Assembly: GCA_963773065.1 (NCBI GenBank)
Contig: CAVYZN010000007.1
Coordinates: 1 to 46,674 of the forward strand
DNA: 46,674 bases
DNA from: an uncultured Gammaproteobacteria bacterium
GTDB lineage: Bacteria; Pseudomonadota; Gammaproteobacteria; UBA9214
Direction of reading: 5' to 3'
Shown here: positions 9,194 to 20,368 of the stretch, piece by piece
Numbering within the stretch: the first letter of the stretch is position 1
How the letters are laid out: each line of letters starts with the position of its first letter
The notes under the pieces: generated by a model
Told to the model about the DNA's origin: nothing
The model's database searches: none
What the model saw: the letters and a program-made list of their open reading frames with translations, nothing else
Program-made: the position numbers and the translations under genes

Positions 9194-10084
9194 TCAGTCG
9201 GGGAACAAGCCGGTGGAAAGATAGCGGTCGCCGCGATCACAGATGATGGCGACGATGACCGCATGCTCGACCTGGCGTGACACGGACAAGGCCGCCGCTA
9301 CCGCACCCCCGGAGGAGATGCCGGCAAAGATGCCTTCTCTTGCCGCCAGTTCCAGCGTCGTGTGTTCGGCCTCCGCTTGGCTGACCTCGATGGTGCGATC
9401 TAAACGCGTCGCCTCGAAGATGGAGGGCAGATACTCTTTCGGCCAGCGGCGTATTCCCGGGATCGACGATCCCTCCGCCGGGGTGACGCCGACGATCTCT
9501 ATCGCCGGATTCATCTCCTTCAGGTAGCGCGAGGTCCCCATGATGGTCCCGGTGGTGCCCATGGAACTGACGAAATGCGTGATAGCGCCCCGGGTATCGC
9601 GCCAGATTTCGGGGCCGGTGCCTTCATAATGGGCGAGCGGATTGTCCGGGTTGGAGAACTGGTCCAGCACCCGCCCTTCCCCCCGCGCCTGCATCTCCAG
9701 CGCCAGGTCCCGCGCGCCTTCCATGCTGGCCTGCTTGCTCACCAGGATGATCTCGGCGCCGAAGGCCTTCATCACCGCGCGCCGCTCGGCGCTCATGTGT
9801 TCGGGCATGATCAGCACCATGCGATAACCCTTGATGGCGGCCACCATGGCGAGCGCGATCCCGGTGTTGCCGCTGGTGGCCTCGATCAGGGTATCGCCCG
9901 GCCTGATCTCGCCGCGGGCCTCGGCATGCCGGATCATGCTGTACGCCGGGCGGTCCTTGACCGAACCGGCCGGATTGTCGCCTTCCAGCTTGACCAGCAG
10001 GGTATTGCCGGTGTCGCCCGGCAGGCGTTGCAGGCGCACCAGCGGGGTGTTGCCGATCGTGGACTCAAGCGTGGGGTAGCTCAT
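9194..10084 (-). CDS. cysM: Cysteine synthase B
   Basis: KLEGDNPAGSVKDR PLP motif, EATSGNTG, SMGTTGT, IPGIRRWP. Confidence 0.96.
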   Translation of the reverse strand: MSYPTLESTIGNTPLVRLQRLPGDTGNTLLVKLEGDNPAGSVKDRPAYSMIRHAEARGEIRPGDTLIEATSGNTGIALAMVAAIKGYRMVLIMPEHMSAERRAVMKAFGAEIILVSKQASMEGARDLALEMQARGEGRVLDQFSNPDNPLAHYEGTGPEIWRDTRGAITHFVSSMGTTGTIMGTSRYLKEMNPAIEIVGVTPAEGSSIPGIRRWPKEYLPSIFEATRLDRTIEVSQAEAEHTTLELAAREGIFAGISSGGAVAAALSVSRQVEHAVIVAIICDRGDRYLSTGLFPD

Positions 10085-10225
10085 GACTCAGCCGTGACGG
10101 AGTTACGTTGCGGGCTAGTATACCGAAGATGAGCAGACCACCGACAGCACGCCTCCGGGTGGCTATACCCCGGTGGTTAGACTAGTATCGGTTGCCGTAT
10201 CAGAAAGGTCAGGAGACCATCCGGC

Positions 10226-10702
10226 ATGGGCAAGCGATACACGGAGAAACCGCAACGCAGCGGCAGGCGTCATGCCTTGCTGAAACCGATAGCGGCGCTG
10301 CGCAAGCTGCTGGTTGGTTACCGCGACGGCGCCCGGTCCGGCGCTACCGGCGATGCGGATATAATCCATGACGGCGGCAGCAGGATGGCGTTCACGGCTC
10401 CGGCCCGACTGTCCGACAAACTGGCCAGTGAACTATTCGCACGGCTGCTGCTGGAACTGCCGGAGCAGCGTCGTGATCTCCTGTCGGCTTACCGGGATGA
10501 CAATCTCGAACAACTGGCGAGGTCTACCCACAAGCTGCTGGGTGCGGTGGTGTACTGCGAACTCCCGGATCTGGCGGCGGCACTGCGCGAACTGGGCCAA
10601 ACGCTACGATCCGGAGAAGCCGGGCAGACGGGGCCGGCCTTCGGCAAGGTCATCCGGCTGATCGATGAACTGTTGGCCGACAGTGGCTACAACGGCGACT
10701 AA
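10226..10702 (+). CDS. Stand-alone Hpt phosphotransfer protein, BarA/GacS C-terminus-like
   Basis: LASELFARLLLELPE...HKLLGAVVYCELPDL resembles Hpt helices with the phospho-His. Alternative start at ATG 10385. Confidence 0.7.
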   Translation: MGKRYTEKPQRSGRRHALLKPIAALRKLLVGYRDGARSGATGDADIIHDGGSRMAFTAPARLSDKLASELFARLLLELPEQRRDLLSAYRDDNLEQLARSTHKLLGAVVYCELPDLAAALRELGQTLRSGEAGQTGPAFGKVIRLIDELLADSGYNGD

Positions 10703-10747
10703 CCCGCAGTTTTCACCGGCCGGCGGCTTTATTAAATCCTGGTTTCA

Positions 10748-11488
10748 TTAAATCCTGGCTTCCCGCATGAGGCGCTTCATCTCGGCCACCGCGCTGCCCA
10801 GGCCGGTGAACAGGGCGCGGGCGATGATGGCATGCCCGATATTCAGTTCGCGTATCGCCGGGATGGCGGCGATGGCCTGAACATTGTGGTAATGCAGGCC
10901 ATGTCCGGCATGCACCCGCAAACCGGCGTCCACGGCCAGCCTGGCTGATTCCCGTATCCGCGTGAGTTCCGCATCCTGCTGCGCAGCGTTTGCGGCATCG
11001 GCGTAGTGCCCAGTGTGGATCTCGATGCAGGGCGCACCGGAGGCGGCGGCCGCGGCTACCTGCCGGGCATCGGCATCGATGAACAGCGACACCCGCACCC
11101 CGGCCGCCGCGAGCCGCGCACACGCTTCCCGGATGCGCGGCAACTGGCCGGCGACATCCAGGCCGCCCTCCGTGGTCAGTTCTTCCCGCCGCTCCGGAAC
11201 CAGGCAGCAGTCCGCCGGCCGCAGGCGTTCGGCGAGCGCGAGCATCTCCGCGGTCACGGCCATTTCCAGGTTCATGCGCGTCTGCAGGATATCCTTCAAC
11301 AGGCTGACATCGCGTTCCTGGATATGCCGCCGGTCCTCGCGCAGGTGCAGGGTAATGCTGTCGGCGCCCGCCTGCTCGGCCGCGATGGCCGCCTGCACCG
11401 GGTCCGGATAACGGGTGCCCCGCGCCTGGCGCAGGGTCGCCACGTGGTCGATATTCACACCCAGCAGAATAATCGAATCAGTCCCCAT
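10748..11488 (-). CDS. pdxJ: Pyridoxine 5'-phosphate synthase
   Basis: [34 protein letters not shown]. Confidence 0.97.
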   Translation of the reverse strand: MGTDSIILLGVNIDHVATLRQARGTRYPDPVQAAIAAEQAGADSITLHLREDRRHIQERDVSLLKDILQTRMNLEMAVTAEMLALAERLRPADCCLVPERREELTTEGGLDVAGQLPRIREACARLAAAGVRVSLFIDADARQVAAAAASGAPCIEIHTGHYADAANAAQQDAELTRIRESARLAVDAGLRVHAGHGLHYHNVQAIAAIPAIRELNIGHAIIARALFTGLGSAVAEMKRLMREARI

Positions 11489-12251
11489 CACCCGCCGTCC
11501 GTACCATCAGCTCATGCCGTGCCGGTCCCGCCGCAGTGAATGTCGCCAGCCGCCGCGACACCTCCCGGGTCTTGAGCGGCCGCGACCCGAGATAGATCGA
11601 CAGCGCCGCCCGCAGCAGGCGTTTGGCGTCACGACAGGTGAGCGGATCGGCAAGCGCCTCTTCGTGCAGGGAGAGCAGACTCGATCCGCGCAGGTAAAGC
11701 CCCGCAGCCGCGGGATTATCGCACCTGACCGGCCCCCGCTCCAGGTGGTACTCGTATGTCACATCCGGCTCGATCGGCAGGCCTGTATCCGCCGTCCGGT
11801 CAAGCAGCAGGCCATAACCCAGTTCGCGCAGCAGGCGCTTCTCGAAAATACGCAATGCCGGCTCTTCGGGGCCGGCGAGTTCCCGCAGCGCCTGTTCATA
11901 GGCCGCGAAGATTCCGGGGTGGGGATCATGGCGCGCCAGCAGCCGCAGGATCAATTCATTGAGATAGTACGCGCTCAGCAGATGCCGGCCGGCAAGCGCC
12001 ACCGGTCCCTCCGGGGTATCGAGCCCGGTCAGGGTGCCCAGCTCGCCGCGCAGGCTCCATGACAGCAACAGGGGTCTGAATCCCTGCAACCGGCCATGCC
12101 AGCGCGCCCGCGCCGAGCGGGCGCCACGTGCCACCAGGCCGAGACGGCCGTGGTCCCTGGAAAACACCTCCAGCAACAGGCTGGAATCACGGTAGGGATA
12201 GTGATGCAGGATATAGGCCGGCTCGAGCGCGACCAAGCTGCGTTTGCTCAC
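11478..12251 (-). CDS. recO: DNA repair protein RecO
   Basis: [30 protein letters not shown]; era-recO-pdxJ synteny. Confidence 0.95.
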   Translation of the reverse strand: MSKRSLVALEPAYILHHYPYRDSSLLLEVFSRDHGRLGLVARGARSARARWHGRLQGFRPLLLSWSLRGELGTLTGLDTPEGPVALAGRHLLSAYYLNELILRLLARHDPHPGIFAAYEQALRELAGPEEPALRIFEKRLLRELGYGLLLDRTADTGLPIEPDVTYEYHLERGPVRCDNPAAAGLYLRGSSLLSLHEEALADPLTCRDAKRLLRAALSIYLGSRPLKTREVSRRLATFTAAGPARHELMVRTAGDGD

Positions 12252-12314
12252 GCGGCCCTCCGGAATGCCGGGAGCGCACTCCAGGCGGCGCCAAATCGCG
12301 GCGATCCTGCCGGC

Positions 12315-13223
12315 CTATGCCAGGTGGTCATCGGAATAACCCAGGCTTTTCAAGGCCCGCTCATCATCCGCCCAGCCTTCCTTGACCTTCACCCAGAGCT
12401 TCAGGTTTACCTTGCTTTCCAGCATATCCTCGATCTCGATGCGGGCCTGCTGACCGATGTCGTGCAGCACGGCTCCCTGTTTCCCGATGACGATGGCCTT
12501 CTGGCTCTGGCGCTCCACCCAGATCAAGGCGTGGATATGAATGATATTGCCTTCATGGCGGAAATGTTCCACCTCGACGCTCAGTCCGTAGGGCAGCTCC
12601 CTGGTCAGCTTGCGGAACAGTTTTTCGCGGATGCGTTCGGCCACCAGGAAGCGTTCGCTGCGATCGGTGACCTGGTCCTCGGGAAAGAACGGCGCAAAGA
12701 ACGGTAACAACGCTTCCACGCAGGTCTCCAGTTCCGCCACGTTGTCGCCCTTGTGTGCCGAGAGCGGGATGATGTGGGCAAAGGCGCGTTTGCGTGACAG
12801 GGCCTGCAAGCCCGGCAGCAACGCTTCCTTGCCGGTAATCAGGTCCACCTTGTTGACGGCCAGTATCACCGGGCATTCGAGGCGTTCCAGTTCGCTCAGC
12901 ACGAGATCGTCATCGGCCGTCCAGCGCAGGCCCTCGACGAGAAACACCACGACGTCCACATCCTGGAGCGCCATGCTGGCCGTGCGATTCATCTGCCGGT
13001 TCATGGCGCGAGCGCTGTAACGGTGCAGCCCCGGCGTATCCACATAGATGAGCTGCGCGCTCTCCAGGGTCTTGATGCCGATGATGCGGTGGCGGGTGGT
13101 CTGGGGACGCCGCGAGGTGATGCTGATCTTCTGGCCGACAAGCCGGTTCAGAAGCGTCGACTTGCCCACATTGGGCCTTCCGACCAGGGCGATAAAACCG
13201 CAGCGATAATCTTGCGACGGCAT
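12315..13223 (-). CDS. era: GTPase Era
   Basis: GRPNVGKST, DTPG, NKVD, KH domain VIGKQG. Start at MPSQDYRCG. Confidence 0.97.
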   Translation of the reverse strand: MPSQDYRCGFIALVGRPNVGKSTLLNRLVGQKISITSRRPQTTRHRIIGIKTLESAQLIYVDTPGLHRYSARAMNRQMNRTASMALQDVDVVVFLVEGLRWTADDDLVLSELERLECPVILAVNKVDLITGKEALLPGLQALSRKRAFAHIIPLSAHKGDNVAELETCVEALLPFFAPFFPEDQVTDRSERFLVAERIREKLFRKLTRELPYGLSVEVEHFRHEGNIIHIHALIWVERQSQKAIVIGKQGAVLHDIGQQARIEIEDMLESKVNLKLWVKVKEGWADDERALKSLGYSDDHLA

Positions 13224-13227
13224 GGGG

Positions 13228-13911
13228 CTAACCCGCGCTTTCCAGTTGTTCGAGCATCCTGGCGGCGGCCATCTGTTCGGCGTGACGGCGGCTGCTGGCG
13301 TGCCCCTGCGTGGGTGGGAAGTCGCTGTCGCTGAGCGTGCATTGCACCCGAAACGACTGGGCGTGCGCCTCACCGCTCACCTCGATGACCGCGTACTCGG
13401 GCAGCGCCATCTGGCGGGACTGCAGATATTCCTGCAGGCGTGTCTTGGCATCCTTGAGCGACTGCGGATCGGCCAGCGCCGCGAGCCGGTCCGAAAACAG
13501 CCCGAGGATGCATTGCCGGCAGACGGCAAAGCCCCCGTCGAGGTAAATCGCGCCGAAGACGGCCTCGAGGGCATCGGCCAGGATGGAATCGCGGTGATGT
13601 CCCCCGCTTTTCCGCTCGCCGGCCCCCAGTCTCAGGTAACTGCCGAAATCCAGCGTCTGCGCCAGATCGGCCAGTGACTCGCGCCGCACCAGACTGGCGC
13701 GCAGGCGGCTCAGTTCTCCTTCCCTGGCCTTCGGGTAGCGCTCGAATAATTCAGCCGCGATGACACACCCCAGCAGGGCGTCGCCGAGGAACTCCAGGCG
13801 TTCGTTGTTCCGGCCGCCGGCGCTGCAGTGAGTCAGCGCCTGCTTCAGGAAATTCGGGTTATCAAACTGGTAGCCTAGTGATTTTGCCAGTGCTTCCGGC
13901 GGATTCGTCAA
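13228..13911 (-). CDS. rnc: Ribonuclease III
   Basis: NERLEFLGDA signature and C-terminal dsRBD (KTRLQEYLQ). Confidence 0.97.
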   Translation of the reverse strand: MTNPPEALAKSLGYQFDNPNFLKQALTHCSAGGRNNERLEFLGDALLGCVIAAELFERYPKAREGELSRLRASLVRRESLADLAQTLDFGSYLRLGAGERKSGGHHRDSILADALEAVFGAIYLDGGFAVCRQCILGLFSDRLAALADPQSLKDAKTRLQEYLQSRQMALPEYAVIEVSGEAHAQSFRVQCTLSDSDFPPTQGHASSRRHAEQMAAARMLEQLESAG

Positions 13912-14276
13912 CGTGTGTGCACCAGGACTTCCTTATAGAAACTCATCAGCACATCGACATTGGCGAAAAGGTGCTTGCGCGATTCGTAGTCCGCGATAAC
14001 CTTGAAATCCGGGCCCACCGGCTTGATGATCACCTCCTTGGGCTGGATGGTCTCGACGTAGCTGATGTCGAAGCGGCGTTCTAGCAGCCTGCGGATATCC
14101 GCGGGTGTTGCCAGGCCGGATTCCTTCTCCAGTGAGTCCAGCGTGGCCACCACCTTGTAGAATTCGAGATAGGATGGCAGCATCCTGAGCGTTAGCAGCA
14201 CAAAAAATCCGATCAGCGCCAGCACGATCAGCCAGCCGATTGCCGTCATGCCGTTTTGTCGTTTCAGAGATTGCAT
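13908..14276 (-). CDS. DUF4845 family membrane protein
   Basis: Pilin-like start QNGMTAIGWLIVL; usual position between lepB and rnc. Confidence 0.8.
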   Translation of the reverse strand: MQSLKRQNGMTAIGWLIVLALIGFFVLLTLRMLPSYLEFYKVVATLDSLEKESGLATPADIRRLLERRFDISYVETIQPKEVIIKPVGPDFKVIADYESRKHLFANVDVLMSFYKEVLVHTR

Positions 14277-14297
14277 ACCGATGTCCTCGCGTCAGTC

Positions 14298-15126
14298 CTA
14301 TTGAATTTTCCTACCGATCCGGTCCCATTCGATGCCGCCGTTGGCGCTGTCCCAGTTCATCCAGATACGAAACGCCTTGCCGACCAGGTTCTGCTCGGGC
14401 ACTGGTCCCCAGTAACGGCTGTCATTACTATTATCACGATTGTCGCCCATGACGAAATACTCATTCTCCTTGACCACGTACTCGCCTTCCAGTCCCGGTG
14501 TGCGCGGCATCACCAGGATCTGGTGTTGTACGTCGCCCAGGTCTTCCCGGCGCATGCCGGCGCCCGACATGGAAACTCCCGGAGCCCTTGCCGACATAGA
14601 CGCCGTCCGGCACCTGGGCGATGGGCTCGCCGTTGATGTGGAGCGTCTTGTCGTAGTAGCCGATGCGGTCGCCCGGCACGCCCACCACCCGCTTGATGTA
14701 ATCAACCGAGGGATCCTTGGGATACCTGAATACGACCACGTCACCGCGCCGCGGCTCGCCGATCTCGATGATCTTCGTATTGAGCACCGGCAGGCGAATC
14801 CCGTAGGCGTACTTGTTGACGAGAATGAAATCGCCCACCAGCAGTGTCGGCATCATCGAGCCGGAAGGAATACGAAACGGCTCGACCAGGAACGAGCGCA
14901 GCAGCAGCACGGCGAGGATGACCGGAAAAAAGGATTTGCAATACTCGATCCAGGTCGGCTCCTTGAGCGCGACCGCGACCTGCTGCGATTCCGGTGATAT
15001 GCCCTGCTGCTGCAGTTGCCGGGCGTTTCTGCCGCGACGCGGCGCCCAGACCAGGGCATCGACGGCCCACGCCAACCCGGTAAAAAGCGTTGCGGCAACC
15101 AGCAGGGTCGGAAAATCGAAATTCAT
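14298..15126 (-). CDS. lepB: Signal peptidase I (frameshift near 14579)
   Basis: [14 protein letters not shown] and DYIKRVVG in 14461..15126; [18 protein letters not shown] in 14298..14744. Joined by removing one G of a GGG run. Confidence 0.93.
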
Positions 15127-15188
15127 AATCGCTATACTCGCTCAGTGGGATTACCCGGGGGACCGCCATTATAGGCATGCCGCCGGCA

Positions 15189-16991
15189 TCATTCACTATC
15201 AACCCGCAGCACCGCAAGAAAGGCGGCCTGGGGTATTTCGATCTTGCCGAACTGTTTCATGCGTTTCTTGCCCGCTTTCTGTTTCTCGAGTAGCTTGCGC
15301 TTGCGCGTGATATCACCGCCGTAGCACTTGGCCGTGACATTCTTGCGCAGGGCCTTCACGGTGGTGCGCGCGATGATCTGGGAACCGATCGCCGCCTGGA
15401 TCGCGACCTCGTACATCTGTCGTGGTATCAGCTCCTTCATCCGATCCGCCAGCGCCCGTCCGCGGTACTGGGCGACATCGCTGTGCACGACGACCGACAG
15501 GGCATCCACCCGCTCGCCGTTGATGAGTATATCAAGCTTGACTAGCGGCGCCGCCTGGAAGCGGACAAAATGATAGTCGAACGAGGCATAGCCGCGACTG
15601 ACCGATTTCAGCCGGTCGAAGAAATCCATCACGATCTCGCTCATGGGAAGCTCGTAGCGCAGTGACACCTGGTTACCCAGATACTGCAGACCCTTCTGGA
15701 CGCCGCGCTTTTCTATGCACAGCGTGATGACCGCACCGAGATAATCCTGGGGCAGCAGGATATTGGCCTCGATGATGGGCTCGCGGATTTCCGCGATCTG
15801 ATTGACGGGCGGCAGGCTGGTTGGATTGTCGATCCGCTGGACCTCGCCCCGGGTCGTCAGTATTTCGTAGATCACCGTCGGGGCGGTGGTGATGAGGTCC
15901 AGATCATATTCGCGCTCCAGCCGTTCCTGCACGATTTCCATATGCAGCATGCCGAGGAACCCGCAGCGGAAGCCAAAGCCCAGCGCCTGCGAGGTTTCCG
16001 GTTCGTAATGCAGCGCGGCGTCATTCAGCCGCAATTTCTGCAGGGCCTCGCGCAGGTTCTCATAGTCATCCGCGCTGACCGGAAAAAGACCGGCGAATAC
16101 CCGCGGTTGCACCATCATGAATCCCGGCAGTGGCGTATCGGCCGGGTAATCGGCGCGGGTGAGGGTATCGCCCACCGGCGCGCCGTCGATCTCCCTGACG
16201 CCGGCGATGACAAACCCGACGTCCCCGGCCTGCAGGGCATCGCGTTCCCTCGGTTTGGGCGTGTAGACGCCCAGTTTCTCGACCTGGAAGGTGCGACCCG
16301 TGGACATGACGCGGATCTTGTCGCGCCGGGAAAACGTGCCGTCGACGATCCTGACCAGCGAGATCACACCAACATAGTTATCAAACCAGGAATCGATGAT
16401 CAGCGCCCGCAGCGGCGCCTCGGTATCGCCCTGCGGGGGCGGGATCCGCTCGATCAGCGACTCCAGCAGATCGACCACCCCCTCACCGGTCTTGGCGCTG
16501 ACACGCACTGCGTCCGTTGCCTGGATGCCGATGATTTCCTCGATTTCCTGAATCACCCGCGCGGGATCGGCCGCAGGCAGGTCGATCTTGTTCAGCACCG
16601 GCACCACCTCCAGGCCCTGGTCGATGGCGGTATAGCAATTCGCAACGCTCTGCGCCTCCACTCCCTGGGCGGCATCGACGACCAGCAAGGCGCCTTCACA
16701 GGCCGCAAGGGAACGCGACACTTCATAGGAAAAATCCACATGACCGGGGGTGTCGATCAGGTTCAGGTCATAAACCTCGCCATTACGTGCCGTGTACTTG
16801 AGCGACACGCTCTGCGCCTTGATGGTAATGCCGCGCTCGCGCTCCAGATCCATGGAATCCAGCACCTGCTCGGACATTTCGCGTTCGGTAAGTCCGCCGC
16901 AGATCTGGATGAAGCGGTCCGCCAGCGTCGATTTCCCGTGGTCGATATGGGCGATGATCGAGAAATTGCGGACGTGTCGACGCGCGGTCAT
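15189..16991 (-). CDS. lepA: Translation elongation factor 4
   Basis: [41 protein letters not shown]. Confidence 0.98.
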   Translation of the reverse strand: MTARRHVRNFSIIAHIDHGKSTLADRFIQICGGLTEREMSEQVLDSMDLERERGITIKAQSVSLKYTARNGEVYDLNLIDTPGHVDFSYEVSRSLAACEGALLVVDAAQGVEAQSVANCYTAIDQGLEVVPVLNKIDLPAADPARVIQEIEEIIGIQATDAVRVSAKTGEGVVDLLESLIERIPPPQGDTEAPLRALIIDSWFDNYVGVISLVRIVDGTFSRRDKIRVMSTGRTFQVEKLGVYTPKPRERDALQAGDVGFVIAGVREIDGAPVGDTLTRADYPADTPLPGFMMVQPRVFAGLFPVSADDYENLREALQKLRLNDAALHYEPETSQALGFGFRCGFLGMLHMEIVQERLEREYDLDLITTAPTVIYEILTTRGEVQRIDNPTSLPPVNQIAEIREPIIEANILLPQDYLGAVITLCIEKRGVQKGLQYLGNQVSLRYELPMSEIVMDFFDRLKSVSRGYASFDYHFVRFQAAPLVKLDILINGERVDALSVVVHSDVAQYRGRALADRMKELIPRQMYEVAIQAAIGSQIIARTTVKALRKNVTAKCYGGDITRKRKLLEKQKAGKKRMKQFGKIEIPQAAFLAVLRVDSE

Positions 16992-17155
16992 GAAGGGGTT
17001 TCGGCAATGGCGGCCATGGACCCGCCAGGGTTGAGGCACACCGCCGTCGTCCCCGTGGCCGGCAGGATGGGCCTGGTTGGTTTCGTTTTCGGGTTATGCT
17101 TATGAAGCAGGTAGTTAACTGACTGATTGTGCTTGAGGTTTTTTATTATACACAT

Positions 17156-17398
17156 TCACTCTGGGCGGAGATACCCGCGCAGGCGATCGGCGTCGAGAAA
17201 ATACCAGCACAGCTCGGCCACACCGGCCACCAGTACCGGGACCCGCTCACCGTATCTCTGCACCAGTATGGGGTCGTCATCCACGTCCCGCACGCGGTAT
17301 CTGAAGTCCAATTCGGACTTCAGATACTCAAGATCCCGCAGCATGTCGGCGCACAGGTGGCAACCCTGACGCACGAAAACCGTCAGTTCATGCTGCAA
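17156..17398 (-). CDS. Glutaredoxin-like protein (DUF836)
   Basis: RQGCHLC CxxC motif, DVDDDP, RVPVL. Confidence 0.85.
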   Translation of the reverse strand: MQHELTVFVRQGCHLCADMLRDLEYLKSELDFRYRVRDVDDDPILVQRYGERVPVLVAGVAELCWYFLDADRLRGYLRPE

Positions 17399-17431
17399 CG
17401 GCTCGCCCCCGTGGCCGACGGGAGGCGGAAC

Positions 17432-18862
17432 TCAGCCCGCATCCGGCACCCGGATCGCGAGGAACGTGGGACTGCCCTCGCGCTGCACCAGCACGGCAAC
17501 CGATTTACCGGCCGGCAAGGCATCGATCAGCCGGCGGAACTGTTCGACGTCCTTGACCGGTTCGTTATTGATGCTGAGTATGACATCACCCTTGCTGATG
17601 CCCGCCTTCGACGCCGCGCCATCGACGACGCGCTGCACCAGCACGCCGCCGTCGAGCTCAAGTTCCTGTTTCTGCTCATCGGTCAGGTCTGCCACGCTGA
17701 CGCCCAGCCGGTTGGTTTTTTCAACAGGTGACTTTTCCGTCGTGGCGGTGGCAACCTCCTCGGGCAGTTCACCCAGCTTGACCTTGACCTCGACCTGCCT
17801 GCGGTCGCGGATGATGTCCACGGGAACGTCCACGCCCACTTTGGTACTGCCGACTATCGGCGGCAGGGTGGCCGATTCATTGATCGCCTTGCCATCAAAT
17901 GCCACGATGACATCACCCACCTTGATGCCAGCCGCCTTGGCCGGGCTGTCGGGCAGGACCTTGGCAACCAGGGCGCCGTGCGGCTGACTCATGCCGAAGG
18001 ATTCGCCCAGCTCCTTGGTGATATCCTGGATCAGCACCCCCAGCCAGCCGCGGCTGACCCGCCCGCTGGTCTTGAGCTGGTCCGCCACGTCCATGGCGAC
18101 CTCGATCGGTATCGCAAAGGAAAGCCCCATGTAACCCCCGGTACGGCTGTAGATCTGCGAATTCATGCCGACCACCTCGCCATTCTGGTTGAACAACGGC
18201 CCGCCCGAATTGCCGGGGTTGATGGCGACATCCGTCTGGATGAAGGGAACATAGTTTTCACTGGGTAGACTGCGCCCCTTGGCGCTGACGATGCCGACCG
18301 TTGCCGAATAGTCGAAGCCGAACGGCGACCCGATAGCCAGCACCCATTCGCCGACCTCCAGACTGCCGGAGGAGCCGATTTTCACGACCGGCAGGTCTTT
18401 GGCATTGATTTTCACCAAAGCAACATCACTGCGTTTGTCCGAGCCGATAACCTCCGCCTGCAACTCGCGGCGATCATTGAGACGCACGATGATCTCATCG
18501 GCGTTGTTCACGACATGATAATTCGTCAGAATGTACCCGTCTTGCGAGATGATGAAACCGGAACCCAGGGACATGGCATCGTGATAGCCGTGATTGCCCG
18601 GTTCCTGGTCGAAGAAATACTTGAATAACTCGCCAAAGGGACTGCCTTCCGGCAGGTCCGGCATTTCGAGGCCTTCCGGCAATTGCGGCGCACCGGCCTT
18701 TACCTTCTGCGTGGTGCTGATGTTGACCACGGCGGAGCCGGATTCCTTGACCAGTTCGGTAAAATCGGGAAGCAGCTGTTTTGCCTGAACGCCTGGCGCG
18801 AACACCAACCAGGACAGGAACATTACCAGGATAGTCCCGGGGAACTTGCGGGTCTTGATCAT
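17432..18862 (-). CDS. degP: DegP/MucD periplasmic serine protease
   Basis: LGSGFII, TNYHVV, INPGNSGGPL, two PDZ domains, signal peptide; follows rseC. Confidence 0.92.
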   Translation of the reverse strand: MIKTRKFPGTILVMFLSWLVFAPGVQAKQLLPDFTELVKESGSAVVNISTTQKVKAGAPQLPEGLEMPDLPEGSPFGELFKYFFDQEPGNHGYHDAMSLGSGFIISQDGYILTNYHVVNNADEIIVRLNDRRELQAEVIGSDKRSDVALVKINAKDLPVVKIGSSGSLEVGEWVLAIGSPFGFDYSATVGIVSAKGRSLPSENYVPFIQTDVAINPGNSGGPLFNQNGEVVGMNSQIYSRTGGYMGLSFAIPIEVAMDVADQLKTSGRVSRGWLGVLIQDITKELGESFGMSQPHGALVAKVLPDSPAKAAGIKVGDVIVAFDGKAINESATLPPIVGSTKVGVDVPVDIIRDRRQVEVKVKLGELPEEVATATTEKSPVEKTNRLGVSVADLTDEQKQELELDGGVLVQRVVDGAASKAGISKGDVILSINNEPVKDVEQFRRLIDALPAGKSVAVLVQREGSPTFLAIRVPDAG

Positions 18863-18906
18863 TGTTAAACTCTCCATACGACATGTAGACAAGGTAAGAA
18901 AATAAT

Positions 18907-19386
18907 TCATGGGATTGCGTAACCTGATGACCGGGCCGCTGGCTCACGGCGCAGGATGACCGGCTGATAGCGATCATCCCGGCCGGTTGCGCGACTGAAA
19001 TGCTTCAACCAGCCGAGACCGGCCGCGAATCCGGCCGCCGCGCCCAGCAGGTCCGACAGATCGGCGTGGCGGGGAGCCCACCCGTCAGCGAGGCAGTGGC
19101 CGGTCAATGCGCCGATGAACAGACCCGCCAGCGGCACGGCATAAACGGCCAGTGAACCACGTACCAGGCTGGACTCCGCTATTCCGATCACCACCCGGTC
19201 GCCGACAAGCGCACCAACGCCGTTTATGACTCGCACCGGAGCCTTGCGCTGACCCAGAACACTGGCCAGGACGGAGGTGCCGCACCCCTGGCCTGCGGCG
19301 CAAGCGCCACAGGTGCTCGTGCGTAGCGTTTCAACCCAGGCGTAGCCGCCCTCGACCTTCACCACCTGGCCGTTTTCCTCAATCAT
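18907..19386 (-). CDS. rseC: SoxR-reducing system protein RseC/MucC
   Basis: STCGACAAGQGCG, YAVPL; position in the rpoE operon. Confidence 0.92.
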   Translation of the reverse strand: MIEENGQVVKVEGGYAWVETLRTSTCGACAAGQGCGTSVLASVLGQRKAPVRVINGVGALVGDRVVIGIAESSLVRGSLAVYAVPLAGLFIGALTGHCLADGWAPRHADLSDLLGAAAGFAAGLGWLKHFSRATGRDDRYQPVILRREPAARSSGYAIP

Positions 19387-20368
19387 TGGCGCCGTCCTGC
19401 CGGTTCTCGATGGAACGCGCCATCATTTCCACAGTCACCTCCGGGACCTCCCCGACCACCACCACCTGGTGACCGCCCACGACGGCGCCATAGGTATTCA
19501 TTGCCCCCATGCTGGAGAGCCCCGTCAGGGCATCCTTGTCGGCCGAGGCCATCTCCACATAGACCGACACCGTCGCCAGCCCGTCGCTGTAGACCAAGTG
19601 TTCGGTTCCCCCGCCGCCGGGTTGCATCTGCTTGCGCTGGTAGTGCGTCAGGCTGAATCCATCCGGCAGTCGGCGCACCACCCAGCGGGGTTGACCAGGA
19701 CCTGTCGAGGCATCGCCACCAATATCCTGATGATGCCAGGCATGCCCTGCTTCGCCCGGTGATGCCGGCATGGCGGCGTCGGTAACCTCCTTTCCGACCC
19801 CCATCTGGGTAAACATCACCTGCTCGATGGGGGTGCCATCCACCCCGGTAAGATCCGACTTGAGCAGCATCTTGCTGTCCTTGGCGATCCAGAAGCGATA
19901 GCCGTAGCGGTAAGCATCCCGGGGCATGATGGCGACCACCTGTGTCATGACTCCGGCCATACGGTCATCACCGATACTCTCGAAACGATAGTATTTCTCG
20001 AGTGTATCCAGGTCACGCAACACCACCGGAAATGGCTGTCGCGGCCGGCTCCGCCCCACCATAACCGATTTGCTGTCCGGCAGGATACAGGTCACCGACT
20101 GGTTATCGCGGATCACTTCCCGGGCGCTTCCCGTCAGGGAAACCAGCCGTTCCTTCTCACCTCCGCCATCGAGACGATGGATAATGCGCATGGCCTCCAG
20201 TTTGCCGTCATGAAGGTAGACGAAGGAACCGTCGTAATCGAGATTCCGCAGGGCCTCGGACATGGCGTCCAGCCATTGACGCGCCGGATTCTCCGCATGA
20301 ACATCCCCTACCGCTGCAACCAGCATCAACCAGAGCAGCGGCTTCACTGCATCACTCCTGAGCGTCAC
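19379..20368 (-). CDS. rseB: Sigma-E regulator RseB/MucB
   Basis: LDYDGSFVY, ERLVSLTGSAREVIR, YSDGLATVSVYVE. Confidence 0.93.
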   Translation of the reverse strand: MTLRSDAVKPLLWLMLVAAVGDVHAENPARQWLDAMSEALRNLDYDGSFVYLHDGKLEAMRIIHRLDGGGEKERLVSLTGSAREVIRDNQSVTCILPDSKSVMVGRSRPRQPFPVVLRDLDTLEKYYRFESIGDDRMAGVMTQVVAIMPRDAYRYGYRFWIAKDSKMLLKSDLTGVDGTPIEQVMFTQMGVGKEVTDAAMPASPGEAGHAWHHQDIGGDASTGPGQPRWVVRRLPDGFSLTHYQRKQMQPGGGGTEHLVYSDGLATVSVYVEMASADKDALTGLSSMGAMNTYGAVVGGHQVVVVGEVPEVTVEMMARSIENRQDGAND

